From the human T2T-CHM13v2.0 reference genome, Homo sapiens: 64,000 nucleotides of DNA. Position 1 is the first letter of the stretch; each line of letters opens with the position of its first letter. The DNA is taken from NCBI RefSeq assembly GCF_009914755.1, contig NC_060936.1, one strand, 5' to 3'. This document shows positions 54,295 to 64,000 of this stretch, piece by piece. The notes below the pieces were generated by a model. That model worked only from the letters and a program-made list of their open reading frames with translations. It was not told the DNA's origin and made no database searches. A program made the translations under genes and the position numbers.

Positions 54295-54856
54295 TTCCAA
54301 ACCCATTAATTATATAGTTTATTGATCTGCTTGGACTTTTTACAATAATTAAATAATTATAGATTTAAGTACATAATTTTAATAACATTTAAAATGTAAG
54401 CCTCTTTTCATTTTACATTAGTCATAAAAGCATTTGAATCTTTGTAAATAATAGTAAATTATTAACAAATATGGAGAAATCAATTCAGCAATCTGTGTGA
54501 ACACAAGAGGTTTTCCTTTTACATTTTAAAAAATGCCGAAAATGAGATATCAAAATTAGGAAATGACATCTTCTTTTCATTAGGCATGTAATTATTTTAC
54601 ACTATGTGTTGACTTCCCTAGATCACAACAGCTTAAAAGAGGGTTAAGCCCCAAAACACAAAACAACCAAAAGATTGTAATGCCCGTACTAATACTTTCT
54701 AAACTGGCTTTGAAATAGTCACCACTTCATCACATTCCATTTTGTTTTATTGTCTTTTCATGAAAATAAAAGTCTTCCCCTAACTGGTAACATCCACATT
54801 ATAAATATAACCTTCCTACTCCAGAGCTATAATTTCAGTTTTGACTGCCACTCCTG
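54295..54856 (-). other. BLTP3B: BLTP3B 3'UTR (end approximate)
   Basis: AT-rich unique sequence after the stop. AATAAA at 54746-54751 and 54318-54323 on the minus strand. Confidence 0.65.
54318..54323 (-). terminator. BLTP3B: Likely main poly(A) signal of BLTP3B
   Basis: AATAAA on the minus strand ~535 nt after the stop. Confidence 0.55.
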
Positions 54857-54976
54857 CTATTCAACTGTCATCTTCTTTATATGATGAAGAAGAGCATCTT
54901 TTTCCAAGTGAGCCTCTGCAAGAGCCATTTTAGCTTTAGCCAGTTCCTGTTTAAGAGATTCATTCTCTTCCATGAG
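54857..54976 (-). CDS. BLTP3B: BLTP3B (UHRF1BP1L/SHIP164) last coding exon, 120 nt
   Basis: Acceptor tttcag|, then [39 protein letters not shown], a coiled-coil-like C-terminus. Phase 0, matching the upstream exon. Gene identity from recalled C-terminus and known adjacency to ANKS1B. Confidence 0.88.
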   Translation of the reverse strand, partial: LMEENESLKQELAKAKMALAEAHLEKDALLHHIKKMTVE

Positions 54977-55417
54977 CTGAAATGATAAATGGCGGGGGGA
55001 TAAGATAATTTAATCATTTCAGGAAATACAGACTATTTATATAGTATCCAAAGGTATGACACTTGGGATAGTAAAAATGCCCATTGCTGGTGAGAGTGCA
55101 CTTAAGCTGAAAACTGCTTTGAGACAACATTTGGAAACATGTATCAAGCACTTAAAAAATGTTCCCATGTTTTGACCCAGCAATACAAAATACTAACTCC
55201 TAATTTCCTAGTCTAATAGTGACTTCATTTCATATGAATTTTCCTGGACCTCTCTATGGCTTTAGACATTGCTGAGCTACACCTACTTTCTCAGCCTCTC
55301 TCCTTTTTCTGGCTTTTATGCCACAGCTGTTTCATATTTATCCATTTCAACCTATGTATGCCCTTTTCATCTTTTCTTCTACTTTTTAAGAACTCTTAAA
55401 ATTTGACATTCTGTTAG

Positions 55418-55852
<435 letters not shown>

Positions 55853-56816
55853 TACAGACATTTTCATCTAGATGGCCAATACGTCTCCTCCACCACCCTT
55901 TTAAGACTTAGTTCAAGTATTTTATCCTCTTAGAGCCATTCCCTCATAATTAGGAATGGCTATATTAGAGCAAATATATTAGAGCAAATATAGCCATTCC
56001 TAAGTACGGGGATATAAAACTAAGAACTTTCTGCGTCACATAGATACATTAAAATATATGCAGTTAATTTCAAATAGTTCTCAAACTTCTTCTAAATCTA
56101 GCTTAAGAATTCTTGCCTTATCGACCAAGTGAGGTAGTTTCCTATACTTCTCTTCATCTGTAGTATAGCATCTGACACAGTACGTTGTGACTACCAATTG
56201 AACACTCTTGTCCCACTAGACTTTGAGTTCTTCAATAGTCACGGATCATCTACTGCTGAATTCTATATCCCTAGCTCAGAGCTGACATTGAATAAATCCT
56301 CATTGAACAGATGCATTAACTCATTCTATGGTTCTATCATACAGATTAAAACTCTGCTGAACATTTTGTTTCTTTATAATGGCAAAAAAAAAAAATCAAA
56401 AGCAACTTGAATGTTAATAAATGTTTATAGAAGTTTCAGAAATGATAGCATACCCAAAACCATATTACTAAGCCATTAAAAAAAATTAAGCAAATACAGC
56501 AATATGAAAAAATTTTGTTAAACAATTAAGTAAAATTATATAGTATGTACACTTGAATATTAATTTTTTCAAATAAAAAATCTACAAGGAAAAATCACAA
56601 AAATACTGAGATAGCACTGGAGGAAGGCAGAAGGTATTAAATTTTTCTTTATTTTTTGCTCAACACTCTAACCATAGCACCTAGCAAAGCACCTGGGCAC
56701 AATAACAAGCACTCGGTACATTTTATTAAAATAAGTAAACAATGTTTTAACTATTAGTATCTTAATACCTAGTTATTTAATTGCTGAAGCTGAATCTGAA
56801 TTAGGTTTCCCATTAC

Positions 56817-57010
56817 CTGTTCCCTAGTGAAGTCAAAGGAGAACTCAGGAAAGTTAGCTGACTGAGAAGGCCAAGGAACCCCTGGGCTTGTCTGAGTGGC
56901 TTGCGTGACACTGCGTTGTTTCTTCAGATCATACTTTCCACTGGTCAGCAGCACTGAATCGCTTTTGACATTTTCTTTCAAATCATTTCCAGTGTTAAGC
57001 ATGTGAGAAT
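56817..57010 (-). CDS. BLTP3B: BLTP3B penultimate coding exon, 194 nt
   Basis: Acceptor tttgtttgatcag|AT, donor CAG|gtaatg. Encodes SHMLNTGNDLKENVKSDSVLLTSGKYDLKKQRSVTQATQTSPGVPWPSQSANFPEFSFDFTREQ in frame with the last exon. Confidence 0.88.
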
Positions 57011-57469
57011 CTGATCAAACAAATAACATGCTCAGATAACATTTCCAAATACTTGATAAATCTTTAAAAGTTCCATTGTGAAAATCTAATTTAAAACTAA
57101 ATATCTATATATATTAGTTATGAGGATAGTAGTATGAGATAGAACAACCAGTAAAACCAAAAGCTTATTCTCTGAAAAGATCAACTAAATAAACTTTTCT
57201 TCCTAAGAATTCTTCCCAAGAATTTGTCAACTTCATCTAAGTTAATTACATAATTTATTATGTTTTTATATTAAAGGTTTATTCGATTTAATAGATTTAA
57301 TTTAAAGGCTTATTATTAGATTAACTAATAAACTTTTAGTTAGACTGACCAAGAAAAAGAAATTACTAGAATCAGAAACGAAAGACGTGACATTACTACC
57401 AACCTTACAGAAATAAAACACTATAAAGGAATACTATAAACAACAGTATGTCAATAATTAGATAACTTA

Positions 57470-57936
<467 letters not shown>

Positions 57937-58536
57937 CTATGTAACTTAGATGAAACAGACAAATTCTTAAAAAGACAATAACTACCTAAATAGCCTCAAG
58001 AAGACAATGTCAATAGACCTATAGCTGAGAGAGACTGAATCAGTAATCATAAAACTACCCACAAAGAAAAGCCCAGGCCCAGGTGGCTTCACTGGAGAAT
58101 TTTATCAAACATTTAAAGAATAATATCAAATCTTTAAAAACTCTTCCAAAAAACAAAAGGAGCATTCCCAAACTTTCTATGAAGGCAGTATTACCCTGAT
58201 ATCAAATCTAGACAAAACAAACAAAAAAACCCCACAAGAACACTAAGACCAATATGCTGAAGAATATAGACATAATCATCAACAAAATGTTAGTAAACTG
58301 AACCCAGCAACATACAAACATAACTATAAAGCATGGTCAACTGGGATTTATCCCAGGAATGCAAATGTATCTATCATCCAAAAAGTAACTAATGTAATAC
58401 ATCAACAGAATAAAAGGCAAAAGCCACATGATCATCTCAATAGATGCAGAAAAAGCATCTGACAAAATCCAATACCTTTCCATGATAAAAACACTCACCA
58501 AGTTAGAAATAGAAGGGAACTTCCTCAGTCTAATAA

Positions 58537-58956
<420 letters not shown>

Positions 58957-59877
58957 TGCTATTGTCACTTCTATTCAACATTGTTTTAGAGGTTCTAACC
59001 TGGGCAACTGGGCAAGAAAAACAATAGAAGACATTCAGATTGGAAAGGAAGAAGTAAAATTCTCTCTACTAAACATGATCTTGCGTATAGAAAAAAACTA
59101 AGGAAACAACTAAAAACCTACTGGAAATAATCAAGTTCAGTGAGGTTGCAGGATAAAAATCAATATACAAAAATAAACTACATTTCTATAATGTGTAATA
59201 AAGAATCCACAAATGAAAGAAAACAATTCGATTTAAAATACTGTCAAAAAGAATACAAATAAACTTAACAAAAGAAGCACAAAACTTACTATACTCTGAA
59301 AACTATAAAACATCGTTGAAAGAAATAAATAGATCTAAATAGATGGAAAAAATTCCCACTGTTCATGGATTGGAAGATTTAATGGAAATACTCCCCAAAT
59401 TTATCTACAGCTTTAACACAATCCCTATCAGAAGTTGAGCTGGCGTCTTTGTAGAAATTATAAGTTGAGCTGGCTTCTTTGTAGAAATTATCAAGCTGAT
59501 TTTAAAATTCATATGGAATTGCAAGGGACCCAAAAGAGTCAAAAAAAAATCTTGAAAAGGTACAATAAAGTTGGACGACTCACATGTTCCAATTTTAAAA
59601 CTTACTCTAAAGGAAGTTGGTAATCAAGACAGTGTGGTAGTATCAAAGACAGACATACAGACAAGTAGAATAGAATTGAGAATCCAGAAATAAACCCATG
59701 TGTCTTTAATCCTTACCCATACTCAAATTGAACATTTGAGTTAAAGAGCTAAATTTAACGGCTAATTCTATAAAATTCTTAAAAGAAAACATGAGAAAAT
59801 CATCATGACCTCAGATTTGGCCATGGACTCTTATACAGGACATCCAAAGCACAGGCAAGAAAACAGAAAAGTTGAAC

Positions 59878-60495
<618 letters not shown>

Positions 60496-61914
60496 CATAA
60501 GGAAGAAGTTCAGCTTCCTTCATGTGGCTATCTAGTCATTCCATCACCACTTGTGAAAACGCTATTCTTTCCCTCATTGACTTGTTTTGCCAGCCTTGCC
60601 AAAGATCAATGAATGTAAGAGTTTATCTCTGAACTCTCAATTCAATTCATTCCAATTATCTTTTGCCAAGCTCCTTTTCTACTCAATCAGCTAGAGAGCA
60701 TTTCTAGCTTATAATTATAAAAGCTGATTAGTACTGTTATTTTCAAATGTTTCAGAATTGTTGAATGTCTTGTATTTTCCTATTTTCTTGTTCATGTTTA
60801 TCCCATTTTCTTGCCTATAAATGCTGTTTCTATTTGCCATAGCTGACCTCTAGTGACTGTGGGAAAGGAAAGCTTGCTCTTCTGGGTGAGATACACCAAG
60901 TTTGTTAACTAGATAGGGAATCATTCCCTTCCTGGGGGCTTAGCAGCTGCATAATCTACCCTCAATATTTTAGTCTATATGCAAACCCTACTGAAGTCTA
61001 CTACTGGGCACAGGCACAGGGGAGGATCCCAAAAAGGAATGCCCATATTATTCATGCTGTTGCCTCAGGGGCTAATTCTAACCTCAGTATCTTGTTGGGG
61101 AGATTCCTCCTATTTTTGAGGAGGAACTTCAGTCATGCAGTCCTCTTGGATTCTTTTGGTCCTGTTTCTCACTGCTTCCCAGGGAAGAAGGTATGATTTA
61201 TCTGATTGACTTTTTTTTAAAGAACTATATATATGTGGTTCAGTCTCTTGCTTTGGTATATGCTGTAACTCCTGCCAAGAGGGTGCATTCTTTTCTGTTT
61301 GTTTGTTTTGTTTTGTTTTGTTTTTTTTAATAAGACAGACCTGAATTTTTGGGAGCTAACACATTTGGGAAAGAGGGCTGGGCAGAGTCTTCTCACAGAC
61401 CTAAGCTATCCTCTTCACCTGAGCTATTATCAGTAATGAAGCTACCATTTTGATCTTTGTTGGCCTTTCTCCTATGTCTGTCTCCAGTTGTTCCCAAACT
61501 ACAGAGGAAAAGACTCTTTAGAAGGCTCCCACTAACTGTTCCTATATCTGAAATTGTCCTGTCCTTTCTTCTGTAGCACTGTTAATGACTTTATTCTTCA
61601 GTTGACACATTTTCTGTCATTTCATGAGGTTTTTGATAGGAGATGAAACAGATGCACATGTCATTCCCTCAACTGGCTACTAAAATAGTGAAGCCCAGAA
61701 GATATAAATCTACTGACTCATGCTCTTTCCACTACTCACTACCTTAAAAGACACAGACCTTACATTAGCGACCTTAAAACTTTTGTTAGAGTGGAGATGC
61801 AAACATTAAAGGTGAACTAAGTACACAGGCAATACACCGAAAGTAACTAACGTACAGAAAAGTGCCAAAAGAAGTGGAAGAACTCACATCAGATTATAAA
61901 AAAGTGTCACTATA

Positions 61915-63960
<2,046 letters not shown>

Positions 63961-64000
63961 AGGAAGTGTCACTATAAAGAAGACAGTTGAGAGAACAATG

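Noticed and set aside
56769-57002. 77-aa ORF as a standalone small gene
   Set aside because: It is the BLTP3B penultimate exon plus intron read-through, with clear splice sites.

Overview
Human genomic DNA: the window holds an intact human-specific AluYa5. From recalled protein sequences it is the ANKS1B-BLTP3B (UHRF1BP1L/SHIP164) interval, which I recall as chr12q23.1. At the left are the ANKS1B CpG-island promoter, 5' leader and first coding exon (minus strand, 1325-1458), an exon the ORF track misses. At the right are the last two coding exons and 3'UTR of BLTP3B (minus strand, 56817-57010 and 54857-54976). The ~52 kb between is dominated by transposons: about 34 Alus, a full-length dead L1PA (~L1PA5), two 5'-truncated L1PAs, an internally deleted L1PB, older L1M/L2/MIR, MaLR and ERV1 solo LTRs, and Tigger/MER58 DNA transposons. 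It also holds an RPS4X processed pseudogene. I cannot support a wholly new multi-gene system here. Best leads: (1) a minimal strong-Kozak uORF, an RNA G-quadruplex and a compressed RE1-like motif in the ANKS1B leader; (2) an L1 antisense promoter aimed at the co-oriented RPS4X pseudogene and ANKS1B; (3) a ~95-nt polyadenylated LTR-transcript retrocopy inside a Tigger; (4) a pristine AluYa5; (5) a perfect 17-bp hairpin and a candidate intronic poly(A) isoform in BLTP3B; (6) several DNA-repair scars. Repeat family names and boundaries were judged by eye and are approximate.
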